The notes: generated from the sequence alone by a model not told the origin. 64,000 nucleotides of DNA from Alphaproteobacteria bacterium (GCA_036394195.1 DASWFO010000199.1:6934-70933); one strand, 5' to 3'. Positions 26,806 to 36,983 are shown, counted from the first letter of the stretch. Translations and numbers: made by a program.

Positions 26806-29800
26806 ATGACCATCCACGTCGCCGTGCATCACCGCACAGTCTACCGGTACGACCGCCTGGTGGCACTCGGCCCGCAGGTCGTGCGTCTCCGTCCGGCGCC
26901 GCATAGCCGAACACCGATTCTCAGCTATGGGATGACGGTCCAGCCGAAGACTCACTTCATCAACTGGCAGCAGGACCCGCACGGCAATTTTCAGGCGCGC
27001 CTTGTGTTTCTGGAGAAGGCGCGCGAATTCTCCGTCGATATCGACCTGGTGGCCGATCTCGCCGTGGTGAACCCGTTCGACTTCTTCCTGGAGCCGAGTG
27101 CCGAGAAATTTCCCTTCGTCTACGGCAGCGACGTCGCCACCGACCTCATCCCTTACCGCGAGACCGAGCCAGCGGGCTCGCTGCTCGCCAAATGGCTGAA
27201 GGAGGTGGACCGGACGCCGATGCGGACGACGGACTTCCTGGTGAACCTGAACCGCCGGCTGCAGAAGGACATCTCCTACGTCATCCGCCTGGAACCCGGC
27301 GTGCAGAGCTGCGAGGACACCTTGCACCTGCGCCGGGGCTCTTGCCGCGACAGCGCCTGGCTGCTGGTCCAGATCCTGCGCCATCTCGGCTTTGCAGCGC
27401 GCTTTGTGTCGGGCTACCTCATCCAGCTGACACCCGACGTGAAGCCTCTCGACGGGCCGCCCGGGCCGGAGCAGGACTTCACCGACCTTCACGCCTGGGC
27501 GGAGGCGTTCCTCCCTGGCGCCGGCTGGATCGGGCTCGATCCGACCTCCGGGCTGTTCGCGGGCGAAGGGCACATTCCGCTGGCCGCGGCCCCTGCGCCG
27601 ACCAGTGCCGCACCAATCACCGGCGCCGTGGACGAGTGCGAAGTCGACTTCAAGCACGAGATGACGGTCACGCGGGTTCGCGAAAGTGCGCGGGTGACCA
27701 AGCCCTACACCGACGAGCAGTGGCAGCGCATCGACCGGCTCGGCCGGGCCATCGACCGCGACATCGCGAGGACGGACCTGCGCCTCACCATGGGCGGCGA
27801 GCCGACCTTCGTCTCGATCGACGACATGGATGGCGCCGAGTGGAACACCGCCGCTGTCGGGCCGACCAAGCGCAAGCTGGCCGGCCGGTTGCTGCGGCGG
27901 TTGCAGAAGCGCTGGGCGCCGGGCGCGCTCCTGCATTACGGCCAGGGCAAGTGGTATCCGGGAGAATCGCTGCCGCGCTGGGCGCTCGGCTGTTTCTGGC
28001 GGCGCGACGGCGAGCCGGTGTGGCGCGATCCGACGCTCTTCGCCGATGACGAGACCAAGGGAAATGCCGGTTTCGCCGACGCCGAGCGCTTCGGCGAGAT
28101 GCTGACCCGGCGTCTGCAGATCGACACGTCGTTCCTGGTCACCGGCTACGAGGATGTCTGGCACTATCTGGCGCGCGAGCACCGCTTGCCGGTGAATGTC
28201 GACCCCTTCGAGTCCAATCTGCGCGAGCCCGAAGAGCGGGCGCGGCTGGCGCGGATCTTCACCCAGGGGCTGGATCACCCGATCGGCCTGGCGCTGCCGC
28301 TGCAGCGCGTGCGTGGCTCCGGCGGCGACTATTGGGCGAGCGGGCGCTGGTTCTTCCGGCCCGAGCGCATGTATCTGCTGCCGGGCGATTCGCCGATGGG
28401 GTTGCGCCTGCCCCTTGATTCGCTCCCGTGGGCGAAGGAGGGCGACCAGTCGCAGCACTACGAGCCCGACCCATTCGAGCCGCGCCAGAAGCTGCCGCCG
28501 CGCGCGGCCCTGGCGCAGCCCCATCAGCGCCGCGGCAACGGCCACGGCCGTGACGAGGCGCGTGCCCGGGCTCACATCGCGGGGCAGGGGCCGCCGGCGG
28601 ACCGCCGCGCCAACGGCGAAGCCCCGCCAGGCCTCGGCCAGTCCGCATCCTCATTGGTGCGCACCGCCCTTTGCCTCGAGCCGCGCGACGGCAAGCTTCA
28701 CGCGTTCCTGCCGCCGGTGACCATGCTCGAGGACTATCTCGACCTGGTTGCGGCGATCGAAGACACCGCGGCCGACATCGGCACCCGGATCATCGTCGAG
28801 GGCTACACGCCGCCGCGCGATCCGCGCCTCAAGCAGTTCAGCGTGACACCCGATCCGGGCGTGATCGAGGTCAACATTCAGCCGGCGTCGGACTGGCCGG
28901 AGCTCGTCGACAACACGTCCGTTCTATACGAAGAGGCGCGGGCGACGCGGCTCGGCACCGAGAAGTTCATGCTCGACGGCCGGCATACCGGGACCGGCGG
29001 CGGAAATCATTTCACCCTTGGCGGTTCGACGGCGGCCGATTCACCCTTCCTGCGCCGCCCCGACCTGCTGCGCAGCCTGATCGGCTACTGGCTCAATCAC
29101 CCGTCGCTGTCCTACCTGTTTTCAGGCCTCTATATCGGCCCGACCAGCCAGGCGCCGCGCGTCGACGATGCGCGCAACGATGCCGTCGCCGAGCTGGAGC
29201 TGGCGTTTGCGCAGGTGCCGGAGAACGGCGAGGTGCCGCCGTGGCTCGTCGACCGCATCTTCCGCAATCTCCTGGTCGACGTGACCGGCAACACCCATCG
29301 CACCGAGTTCTGCATAGACAAGCTCTACTCGCCCGACAGCGCCACCGGCCGCCTCGGTCTCGTCGAGATGCGCGCCTTCGAGATGCCGCCGCATGCGCGG
29401 ATGAGCCTCGCCCAGCAGCTGCTTATCCGCGCGCTTCTGGCCGAGTTCGCGCAGCGCCCGTATCGGAAGAAGCTCGTCCGCTGGAATACGCAGCTTCATG
29501 ACCGGTTCCTGCTGCCGCATTTCGTGCGCGACGATTTCAACGACGTGATCGACGAGCTCCGCGTGGCCAGCTACCCGTTCGAGGCGGACTGGTTCGCGCC
29601 GCACTACGAATTACGTTTTCCGGAGATCGGCGCTGTCGCGTATCGCAACATCCATCTCGAGCTTCGCCAGGCGATCGAGCCGTGGCCGGTGCTGGGCGAA
29701 GAGCCGGCCGGCGGCAGCACGGTGCGTTATGTCGATTCGTCGCTCGAGCGCGTGCAGGTGAAACTCCGGAACCTAACCGACGGACGCTACGTTGTGACCT

Positions 29801-30180
29801 GCAACGGCGTCCGCGTGCCGCTGCATCCCACTGGAGCCGAAGGTGAGTACGTGGCCGGCATCCGCTATCGGGCCTGGGCGCCTGCCGCCAGTCTCCATCC
29901 AACCATCGGCGTGCATGCACCACTGGTGTTCGACATCGTGGACACGTGGTCCGAGCGCTCACTGGGCGGCTGCACCTATCACGTGGCGCATCCCGGCGGG
30001 CGCAACTACACGACCTACCCGGTCAACAGCAACGAGGCCGAAGCGCGCCGCCGCGCGCGCTTCTTCCCCACCGGCACCACGCCGGGCCGGGTCGTCGCCC
30101 CGGCGCTGCCGCAAGTCGGCGAGTTCCCGCTCACGCTCGATCTGCGATATGCAGGCGCACAGCTTGCAAAAAACCGCTAG
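26806..30180 (+). CDS. Transglutaminase-family protein, large form (Bact_transglu_N + TGase core + long C-terminal DUF2126-like region), 1124 aa
   Basis: The start MTIHVAVHHRTVYRYDRLVALGPQV is typical of Bact_transglu_N. The transglutaminase catalytic Cys context is RRGSCRDSAWLLVQILRHLGFAARFVSGY. The listed ORF starts at 26512. Confidence 0.85.
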   Translation: MTIHVAVHHRTVYRYDRLVALGPQVVRLRPAPHSRTPILSYGMTVQPKTHFINWQQDPHGNFQARLVFLEKAREFSVDIDLVADLAVVNPFDFFLEPSAEKFPFVYGSDVATDLIPYRETEPAGSLLAKWLKEVDRTPMRTTDFLVNLNRRLQKDISYVIRLEPGVQSCEDTLHLRRGSCRDSAWLLVQILRHLGFAARFVSGYLIQLTPDVKPLDGPPGPEQDFTDLHAWAEAFLPGAGWIGLDPTSGLFAGEGHIPLAAAPAPTSAAPITGAVDECEVDFKHEMTVTRVRESARVTKPYTDEQWQRIDRLGRAIDRDIARTDLRLTMGGEPTFVSIDDMDGAEWNTAAVGPTKRKLAGRLLRRLQKRWAPGALLHYGQGKWYPGESLPRWALGCFWRRDGEPVWRDPTLFADDETKGNAGFADAERFGEMLTRRLQIDTSFLVTGYEDVWHYLAREHRLPVNVDPFESNLREPEERARLARIFTQGLDHPIGLALPLQRVRGSGGDYWASGRWFFRPERMYLLPGDSPMGLRLPLDSLPWAKEGDQSQHYEPDPFEPRQKLPPRAALAQPHQRRGNGHGRDEARARAHIAGQGPPADRRANGEAPPGLGQSASSLVRTALCLEPRDGKLHAFLPPVTMLEDYLDLVAAIEDTAADIGTRIIVEGYTPPRDPRLKQFSVTPDPGVIEVNIQPASDWPELVDNTSVLYEEARATRLGTEKFMLDGRHTGTGGGNHFTLGGSTAADSPFLRRPDLLRSLIGYWLNHPSLSYLFSGLYIGPTSQAPRVDDARNDAVAELELAFAQVPENGEVPPWLVDRIFRNLLVDVTGNTHRTEFCIDKLYSPDSATGRLGLVEMRAFEMPPHARMSLAQQLLIRALLAEFAQRPYRKKLVRWNTQLHDRFLLPHFVRDDFNDVIDELRVASYPFEADWFAPHYELRFPEIGAVAYRNIHLELRQAIEPWPVLGEEPAGGSTVRYVDSSLERVQVKLRNLTDGRYVVTCNGVRVPLHPTGAEGEYVAGIRYRAWAPAASLHPTIGVHAPLVFDIVDTWSERSLGGCTYHVAHPGGRNYTTYPVNSNEAEARRRARFFPTGTTPGRVVAPALPQVGEFPLTLDLRYAGAQLAKNR

Positions 30181-30304
30181 ATTTCTAGGTTAGTTGTCGA
30201 ATCGGAGCGGGCACGCGAACGTGAGACAAGGCCGACCGTCACCGGCTGCCGATCCGGCTGTGCCCAATCCTGGCGCAGCGGCGAGCGACGTGACCGCGGA
30301 TCGG

Positions 30305-32797
30305 ATGGGCTTGGACTACGCGTACAATTACGACGAGATGGTCGACGGCCGCCGGGCGATCCGCGCGGCCTGGCAGCCCTTGATCGGCGTGCTGCAGGCG
30401 ATGCCGAAAGGCGCGTTTGCCGAACGCGTCGAGCGCGTCCATCGCCAGCACGAGGACATATCGGTCGCCTATCGCATCGAGGCGGACACCGCCGCGAACG
30501 GCAATCGCCGGCCGTTCGACCTCCTGCCGATGGTGATCACCGCCGAGGAATGGAGCGACATCGAGATCGCGCTGGCGCAACGCGCGCGCCTGATGGACGC
30601 GGTCGTCACCGACATTTATGGCTCGCGCAAGCTCGTCGCCGACGGTCTCCTGCCGCCGGCGTTGATCTTCGGCAATCCGCGGTTCCTGCGCCCCTGCGCC
30701 GGGATGATGTCCGGCGGCGTGCCGCATGTTCACGCCTATGCGGCCGATCTCGTCCGCGCGCCGGACGGGTCGTGGAAGGTGCTCGCCGACCGGCTGCAGG
30801 CCCCGGCGGGCATCGGCTTTGCACTGCAGAACCGCAGCCTGCTGGCGCGCACCGTCCCGGAGCTGTTCCGCGCGCACATGGTGGAGCGGATCGAGCCGTT
30901 CTTCGACCGTTGGCGCGAGGCGTTGATGGACCTGTCGCCGCGCCGCGACGGGGCGCGCATCGCGGTCATGACGCCGGGCCCGTTCAATCCGGCGTTCTTC
31001 GAGCACGTCTATCTGGCACGCCAGCTCGGCGCGACGCTCGTGGAAGGCGCCGATCTCACGATGCGCTACGACCGCATTTTCGTGAAGACGCTCGGCGTGC
31101 TGCAGCAGGTCGACGTCGTCCTGCGGTTCATGGAGGACGATTACTGCGATCCGCTTGAGCTGCGCAGCACCTCGGTGCTCGGCGTCGCCGGCCTGCTTCA
31201 GGCGGTGCGTGCGGGAACTGTCGTCGTCGCCAACGCGCTCGGTGCCAGCGTCGCCGAGACGCCGGCGTTCAGGCCGTTTCTGCCCGCCATCGCCAGAGCG
31301 GTGCTTGGCGAAGAGCTGCTTATGGCCTCGGTCGACACCGAATGGCTGGGCGGCGGCTCGACCGCCGAGCGGACGGGTGAGTTGCCGCCGGATGTTTCGA
31401 TCCGCCCGGCCTTCCCGACACGGCGCGACGATCCGGCGGCGGGGGACGAGGCCGAGGGTGCTGCGCGCGAGGCTCTGCTCGACGATCTGAGGCGGCGGCC
31501 GTACATGTACGTCACCGAAAAGGCGGTCGCCCCATCGGTCATTCCGGTCTGGACGCCGGAGGCGCTGGTGCCGCGACCGTTGACGCTGCGCGTCTTCTGC
31601 ATCCGAGACGGCGACGCCTATCGCACCATGCCCGGCGGCTTCGCCCAGGTGCCCAATCGGGTGACCGGTGCGGTGGCCCCTCTGCGTCAGGTCGCGATGA
31701 GCAAGGACACGTGGGTGCTGCTCGGCGAAGATCGCGCGGTGGCCCCGGCGCATCGCGCCCCGCCCGCGGTCCAGGCGATCCGCCGCCCGACCGATGAGCT
31801 GCGCAGCCGCACCGCCGATGACGTGTTCTGGCTCGGCCGCTACATGGAGCGGCTCGACAATGCGGCGCGCATGATGCGCAGTGCCGCAATGCGGCTGACC
31901 GTCGAGCGGTTCGGGCCCGGCCAGCGCCAGGAGCTGCATTATCTGGCCGGTCTCCTCGTCGAAGCGGGCTTCATCGAGGCAGGGGCGGGTGAGATGATGT
32001 CCGACAGCGGCGGTCTGATGCTGGCGCTTTCGGCCGGGGCGGCGCGGGGGCCGGGCCTGGATGAGGCCTTCCGGGCGGTGCGGCGCATCGCGCAGGCGCT
32101 GCGCGACCGTCTGTCGAACGACATGTGGAATGTCGTGATCGGCAATCTCCGCGACGCTCGCGAGCGGATCCAATCACAGTCCGCCGAGGTCGACAGCTTC
32201 ATCGGCGCCCTCGACAACCTGATCGGCGTCATCGCCGCGTTCGGCGGCATGGTCGCGGAGAACATGACCCGCGGGGCGGGATGGCGTTTCCTCGATATCG
32301 GCCGGCGGTTGGAACGCGGCACCTACGAGAGCGCTATCGTCCGCGGCATCCTGGCGAGCCGGCGCGAAGATGCCGAAACCGCCCTCCATCTGGCTCTCGA
32401 GCTCAGCGACAGCACGATCACCTATCGCTCGCGCTATTTCACCGCCATCCAGACCGGACCGGTGGTCGATCTGATCCTCGCCGATGAGGCCAATCCGCGC
32501 GGCATCGCGTTTCAGATCCAGACCATCATCACGCATCTCAACGAGCTGGCACGCTCGTTCGAGCGCGTCAGCGACCGGCCGGAGCAGGCGCTCGCCGAAA
32601 TGGTCCTCGCCGCGATCCGCGGCGCCAAGATCGACCGGCTGGACGGGGCGGAGGATCAAGCAGCCCGGCGCGAGCTCTCCGAGCTCCTCGGTCATCTGTG
32701 CCACCAGTTTCTCGCCTTGTCCGAAGCGATCACGCGGGCCTATTTCTCCCATGTGCGCGCTCCCTACACGGTCGGCTACGGGTCCGCGCGGCTATGA
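30305..32797 (+). CDS. Circularly permuted type-2 ATP-grasp protein fused to alpha-E domain (DUF404/DUF407 + DUF403)
   Basis: The N-terminal half has YNYDEMVDGRRAIRAAWQPL...LPMVITAEEWSDIEIALAQRARLMDAVVTDIYG (CP-ATP-grasp). The C-terminal 300 aa has DDVFWLGRYMERLDNAARMMRSAA... (alpha-E). The start is uncertain: TTG at 30194, GTG at 30221 and ATG at 30305 are all candidates. Confidence 0.8.
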   Translation: MGLDYAYNYDEMVDGRRAIRAAWQPLIGVLQAMPKGAFAERVERVHRQHEDISVAYRIEADTAANGNRRPFDLLPMVITAEEWSDIEIALAQRARLMDAVVTDIYGSRKLVADGLLPPALIFGNPRFLRPCAGMMSGGVPHVHAYAADLVRAPDGSWKVLADRLQAPAGIGFALQNRSLLARTVPELFRAHMVERIEPFFDRWREALMDLSPRRDGARIAVMTPGPFNPAFFEHVYLARQLGATLVEGADLTMRYDRIFVKTLGVLQQVDVVLRFMEDDYCDPLELRSTSVLGVAGLLQAVRAGTVVVANALGASVAETPAFRPFLPAIARAVLGEELLMASVDTEWLGGGSTAERTGELPPDVSIRPAFPTRRDDPAAGDEAEGAAREALLDDLRRRPYMYVTEKAVAPSVIPVWTPEALVPRPLTLRVFCIRDGDAYRTMPGGFAQVPNRVTGAVAPLRQVAMSKDTWVLLGEDRAVAPAHRAPPAVQAIRRPTDELRSRTADDVFWLGRYMERLDNAARMMRSAAMRLTVERFGPGQRQELHYLAGLLVEAGFIEAGAGEMMSDSGGLMLALSAGAARGPGLDEAFRAVRRIAQALRDRLSNDMWNVVIGNLRDARERIQSQSAEVDSFIGALDNLIGVIAAFGGMVAENMTRGAGWRFLDIGRRLERGTYESAIVRGILASRREDAETALHLALELSDSTITYRSRYFTAIQTGPVVDLILADEANPRGIAFQIQTIITHLNELARSFERVSDRPEQALAEMVLAAIRGAKIDRLDGAEDQAARRELSELLGHLCHQFLALSEAITRAYFSHVRAPYTVGYGSARL

Positions 32798-33666
32798 TGT
32801 ATCGCATCAATCACCGCTCGACTTACACCTACTCGGGGCCGGTTGATCTATCCTATCACCTGCTGCATCTGACGCCGCGGGTGTTGCAGCACCAGCGCGT
32901 GTGGGATTTGCAGATCACCACCCAGCCATCGCCGACGGCGAAGACCGAGCGCAGCGACTATTTCGGCAATCGCCTCACCTATCTCACGGTGGCGCAGCCG
33001 CACGCGAAGTTCACCGTGGAAATGGACGCCGCCGTCGATGTGCGCTTTCCCGCCCCGCCGCACGAGACGGCGACGCCGCCCTGGGAGCGGGTCCGCCATG
33101 CGCTGCGGAGTGCGCGCGAGCCCGACCTGATCGCGGCGGCTGAGTTCTCGTTTGCCTCGCCGCAGACCCCGCCGTCGGCAGCCCTGCTCGCCTATGCCGA
33201 GCCGTCGTTCACGCCCGGGCGGCCGATCTTCGCCGCGGTCAAGGAGCTGACCTCGCGCATCCATCGCGACTTCGTCTTCGAGCCGGGAGCGACCAGCGTC
33301 AGCACGCCGGTCGCCCAGGTGCTGCAGCAGCGCCGCGGCGTGTGCCAGGACTTCGCCCATCTCGAACTGGCGGCGTTGCGCGCCATGGGCGTCGCCGCGC
33401 GCTATGTCAGCGGCTACATCCGGACCTACCACAAGGACAAAGCCGGCCTGAAAGGCAGCGATGCGTCGCACGCCTGGGTGTCGTTCTTCTGTCCCGGCAC
33501 AGGCTGGATCGACGTCGATCCCACCAACGACCTGGTGGTGAAGGAGGAGCATATCGTGCTGGGCTGGGGCCGCGACTACGACGACGTGAGCCCGATCCGC
33601 GGCGTGATGCTGGGCGGTGGCGATCACTTCCTGAACGTCGCCGTGACGGTGACCCCACAGGCCTGA
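32794..33666 (+). CDS. Transglutaminase-family protein, short form (Bact_transglu_N + TGase core), 290 aa
   Basis: The ATG overlaps the upstream stop (ATGA). MMYRINHRSTYTYSGPVDLSYHLLHLTPR... is followed by the catalytic context RRGVCQDFAHLELAALRAMGVAARYVSGY. Confidence 0.85.
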   Translation: MMYRINHRSTYTYSGPVDLSYHLLHLTPRVLQHQRVWDLQITTQPSPTAKTERSDYFGNRLTYLTVAQPHAKFTVEMDAAVDVRFPAPPHETATPPWERVRHALRSAREPDLIAAAEFSFASPQTPPSAALLAYAEPSFTPGRPIFAAVKELTSRIHRDFVFEPGATSVSTPVAQVLQQRRGVCQDFAHLELAALRAMGVAARYVSGYIRTYHKDKAGLKGSDASHAWVSFFCPGTGWIDVDPTNDLVVKEEHIVLGWGRDYDDVSPIRGVMLGGGDHFLNVAVTVTPQA

Positions 33667-33766
33667 CGGAGGTTTTTGCTCGCCGCCGGATGCGACGCCG
33701 GCCGGGACATGGTACGGATATTGCTCCATCCACCATAGAGGCCGCCCCCCGGGGGCGGAAGGGAGA

Positions 33767-35185
33767 ATGGTGGTATCGGCGTTCGATGAAATGGGCAGCG
33801 GTCCAGGGCTGCGCCCATCCTATGCGGCGGTCAACGACTGGATGGCCCAGACGCCGGCGGCGATCTTCGAGATCAAGCGCCGCGAGGCCGAATTCTTCTT
33901 CCGCAAGACCGGGATCACCTTCGCCGTCTACACCGAGGGCGGCGATCCGGAGCGGCTCATTCCCTTCGACATCATCCCGCGGGTGCTCGACGGCCAGGAG
34001 TGGGAGTTCCTCACCCGTGGGCTGAAGCAGCGGGCACATGCCCTGAACGCCTTCATCCGCGACGTCTACGGCCCGCAGGAGTTCATCCGCGCCGGCAAAA
34101 TCCCCGCCGACCTGATCCTGAAAAATCCCAGCTTCGTGCAGGCGATGGTCGGCCTCGACGTCCCCGCCGGGATCTACACTCATGTCGCCGGCATCGACAT
34201 CGTGCGCGTCAGCTCCACCGAGTTCTACGTCCTCGAGGACAACTGCCGCACGCCGTCCGGCGTCTCGTACATGATCGAGAACCGCGAGATCATGTCGCGG
34301 CTGTTCCCCGATCTCTTCGCCCGGTCCCGCGTCCGGCCGGTGTCGCACTATCCGCAGGAACTGCTCGACACGCTCCGCTCCGTCAGCCCGCGAAGCTGCG
34401 AAGCCGAGCCGACGGTCGTGCTGCTGAGCCCCGGCTCCTACAACAGCGCCTACTACGAGCACACGTTCCTCGCCGACGAGATGGGCATTGAGATCGTCGA
34501 GGGCGCCGATCTCGTCGTTGATCAGGACGTCGTGTACATGCGCACCACGCGCGGATTGGAGCGGGTCGATGTCATTTACCGGCGGATCGACGATGCGTTT
34601 GTCGATCCGCAGGTGTTCAACCCGGACTCGCTGCTGGGCGTGGCCGGATTGATGGCGGCGTACCGCGCCGGCAACGTGACCGTCGCCAACGCGGTCGGGG
34701 CGGGCATCGCCGACGACAAGGCGGTTTATACCTACGTGCCCGAAATGATCCGCTTCTTCCTCGGCGAGGAGCCGATCCTGCAGAACGTGCCGACCTGGAA
34801 ATGCGGCGATGCCCAGGACTGCGCCTATGTGCTCGACCACTTGGCCGAGCTGGTGGTCAAGGACGTCCACGGATCGGGCGGCTACGGAATGCTCGTGGGC
34901 CCGCATGCCACCGCCGCGGAACGGGCCGCGTTCGCCGACACCATCCGCGCCCGTCCCGGCCGCTACATTGCGCAGCCGACCTTGAGCCTCTCGACCTGCC
35001 CGACCTTCGTCGACAAGGGGATCGCCCCCCGGCACGTCGACCTGCGGCCGTTCGTGCTGTGCGGCCGCGAGATCCACATCGTGCCCGGCGGCCTCACGCG
35101 CGTGGCGCTGCGCGAGGGCTCGCTGGTGGTGAATTCGAGCCAGGGTGGGGGTACGAAGGACACCTGGGTCGTGGATCTGGCGTGA
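33767..35185 (+). CDS. Circularly permuted type-2 ATP-grasp protein (stand-alone, DUF404/DUF407)
   Basis: 472 aa. ...YAAVNDWMAQTPAAIFEIKRREAEFFFRKTGITFAVYTEGGDPERLIPFDIIPRVLDGQEWEFLTRGLKQRAHALNAFIRDVYG... is paralogous to the N-terminal half of the 30305 product. Confidence 0.85.
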   Translation: MVVSAFDEMGSGPGLRPSYAAVNDWMAQTPAAIFEIKRREAEFFFRKTGITFAVYTEGGDPERLIPFDIIPRVLDGQEWEFLTRGLKQRAHALNAFIRDVYGPQEFIRAGKIPADLILKNPSFVQAMVGLDVPAGIYTHVAGIDIVRVSSTEFYVLEDNCRTPSGVSYMIENREIMSRLFPDLFARSRVRPVSHYPQELLDTLRSVSPRSCEAEPTVVLLSPGSYNSAYYEHTFLADEMGIEIVEGADLVVDQDVVYMRTTRGLERVDVIYRRIDDAFVDPQVFNPDSLLGVAGLMAAYRAGNVTVANAVGAGIADDKAVYTYVPEMIRFFLGEEPILQNVPTWKCGDAQDCAYVLDHLAELVVKDVHGSGGYGMLVGPHATAAERAAFADTIRARPGRYIAQPTLSLSTCPTFVDKGIAPRHVDLRPFVLCGREIHIVPGGLTRVALREGSLVVNSSQGGGTKDTWVVDLA

Positions 35186-35197
35186 TGTAGCGAATCA

Positions 35198-36232
35198 ATG
35201 CTGAGCCGCACCGCGGAAAATCTTTACTGGCTGGCCCGCTACGTGGAGCGCGCGGAGAACATCGCGCGCCTGCTCGACGTGGCGCTCAGGATGTCCGGCA
35301 TGCCGTTTGACCCCGGGACCGGCCGCAGCGAATGGCGTTCCACCATCATCGCGTCGGGCTGCGAGAAAAGCTTCTTCGCGAAATACCAAACGCCGACCGC
35401 CGAGACGGTGATCCAGCACCTGGTGCGCGATCTCGACAATCCGTCGTCGATCCTCTCCTGCCTGGCGACCGCGCGGCGCAACTCGCGGGCGGTGCGCACG
35501 GCGCTGACCGTCGACATGTGGGAGGCGATCAACGGCACATGGCTCGCCGCGCGCGGCTTCGGCGACGACGCGTTCCGGGTCAGCGACATCGGACGGTTTC
35601 TCGACTGGGTGAAGGAGCGCTCGACCCTGTTCAGCGGGGCGGTGCTCGGCACCATGCTGCAGGCCGACGCGTTCTGGTTCACGCGCCTCGGCACCTATGT
35701 CGAGCGCGCCGACGCCACGGCGCGCATCCTCGACGTCAAATACAACGTGCTGCTGCCGGGGCACGAGCCCGTGGGCGGAACGCTCGACCATTATCAGTGG
35801 GCGGCCATCCTGACGTCGGTGTCGTCCCGCCGCGCCTATCAATGGCTCTATCACGACCGGATCAAGCCGTGGCTCGTCGCCGAGCTGCTGATCCTGCGAC
35901 CGGAGATGCCGCGCTCGCTGATCACCTGCGCGCGCGAGATCAACTACTATCTCGACGTCATCGGCGGGACCTATGATTCCCGCCGCGAGTGTCACGAGCT
36001 CGCCGGCCAGATCCTCCGCCAGCTGAACCGCACCAAGGTGGAGCAGATCATGGGCGGGCTGCACGAGTTCCTGACCGAGTTCATCGATAGCAACGTCGAG
36101 CTCGGCCACAAGATCTCGCGGCAGTATTTCCAGCTCGCCCATCTGACGCGGGCCGCAGCACCGGCCGCGGGTCAAACCCAGACTCAAACCCAGAGCCAGG
36201 GCCACACGCAGACCCAGTCGCAACAGGCTTAG
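35198..36232 (+). CDS. Alpha-E domain protein (DUF403), stand-alone, with low-complexity TQTQTQSQ tail
   Basis: MLSRTAENLYWLARYVERAENIARLLDVALRMS... is paralogous to the C-terminal part of the 30305 product. Confidence 0.85.
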   Translation: MLSRTAENLYWLARYVERAENIARLLDVALRMSGMPFDPGTGRSEWRSTIIASGCEKSFFAKYQTPTAETVIQHLVRDLDNPSSILSCLATARRNSRAVRTALTVDMWEAINGTWLAARGFGDDAFRVSDIGRFLDWVKERSTLFSGAVLGTMLQADAFWFTRLGTYVERADATARILDVKYNVLLPGHEPVGGTLDHYQWAAILTSVSSRRAYQWLYHDRIKPWLVAELLILRPEMPRSLITCAREINYYLDVIGGTYDSRRECHELAGQILRQLNRTKVEQIMGGLHEFLTEFIDSNVELGHKISRQYFQLAHLTRAAAPAAGQTQTQTQSQGHTQTQSQQA

Positions 36233-36236
36233 ACGC

Positions 36237-36983
36237 TCAGAACTCTTCGAACAGCCGGCCGAATCCCTGGAGTTTGTCGTGAATGCCGTTGGCACGCAGC
36301 GCGTGCCAATAGGTGGCGGCGTTGATCGCGATCACTGGCTTTGCGAGCCACAGCTCGGCGGCCGCCGCCAGGCGGACCATGCTGAGATTGGTCCCCACTT
36401 GAATAAGGGCGTCCACGTCGGGGCCATCGAGCTCCATCAGCTTGGCCTGGCACATTGCGGGCGTCACCTCGGCAATCGAGGTCCAGCTCGGGCATTGCAG
36501 GCAGATGTCGCGAACGACGTCGAAGCCGCTTTCCGTGAAGTAGCGCTTCACCTCGGCGTTGGCGACCGGATAGTACGGCGTCAGCAGGGCAATCCGCTTG
36601 ATGCCGCCATACGCCTTGAGCGCCGCCGAGCAGGCGTGGGAGCCGATGGTGGCGCCCCGTCCCGCCTCTTTCTCCACCTTGGCCTGGAACGCATCGGCAC
36701 CGGCGACACCGTCATAGAACGTGATCGACGACATTCCCATGACCAGATAGTCCGGCGCGCAGGTCATGACGCTCCGCACCGCATCGAGAACGCCCTGGCC
36801 GATCTTCTCCGTCCCGGCCATGAAGGTTTCGTTGCTCACCGCCTGTGTGTTCGGCGTGTAGATGCGGCTGTAATGGTTCGTGACGCCGGCCGGGCGCAGC
36901 ATGTCGAAATCGGGTTGTACGACGGTGTTCGTCGACGGCCCGATCACGCCGAATTTTCGCCGCCACCCTAGAACGTCAGGCAT
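36237..36983 (-). CDS. Asp/Glu/hydantoin racemase superfamily protein (arylmalonate decarboxylase / maleate isomerase-like)
   Basis: 248 aa. GVIGPSTNTVVQPDF...YLVMGMSSITFYDG...RIALLTPYYPV...DALIQVGTNL fits the two-domain racemase fold with paired Cys-containing motifs. Confidence 0.65.
   Translation of the reverse strand: MPDVLGWRRKFGVIGPSTNTVVQPDFDMLRPAGVTNHYSRIYTPNTQAVSNETFMAGTEKIGQGVLDAVRSVMTCAPDYLVMGMSSITFYDGVAGADAFQAKVEKEAGRGATIGSHACSAALKAYGGIKRIALLTPYYPVANAEVKRYFTESGFDVVRDICLQCPSWTSIAEVTPAMCQAKLMELDGPDVDALIQVGTNLSMVRLAAAAELWLAKPVIAINAATYWHALRANGIHDKLQGFGRLFEEF

Noticed and set aside
26692-28575. 627-aa minus-strand ORF antisense to the large transglutaminase gene
   Set aside because: Antisense to a gene with clear Bact_transglu_N/TGase motifs; it is an R/A/G-rich artefact.
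30239-35077. Minus-strand ORFs 30239-32173 (644 aa) and 33407-35077 (556 aa) antisense to the ATP-grasp genes; 35195-36295 minus antisense to the alpha-E gene
   Set aside because: Same reasoning: the sense strand carries the conserved domains.
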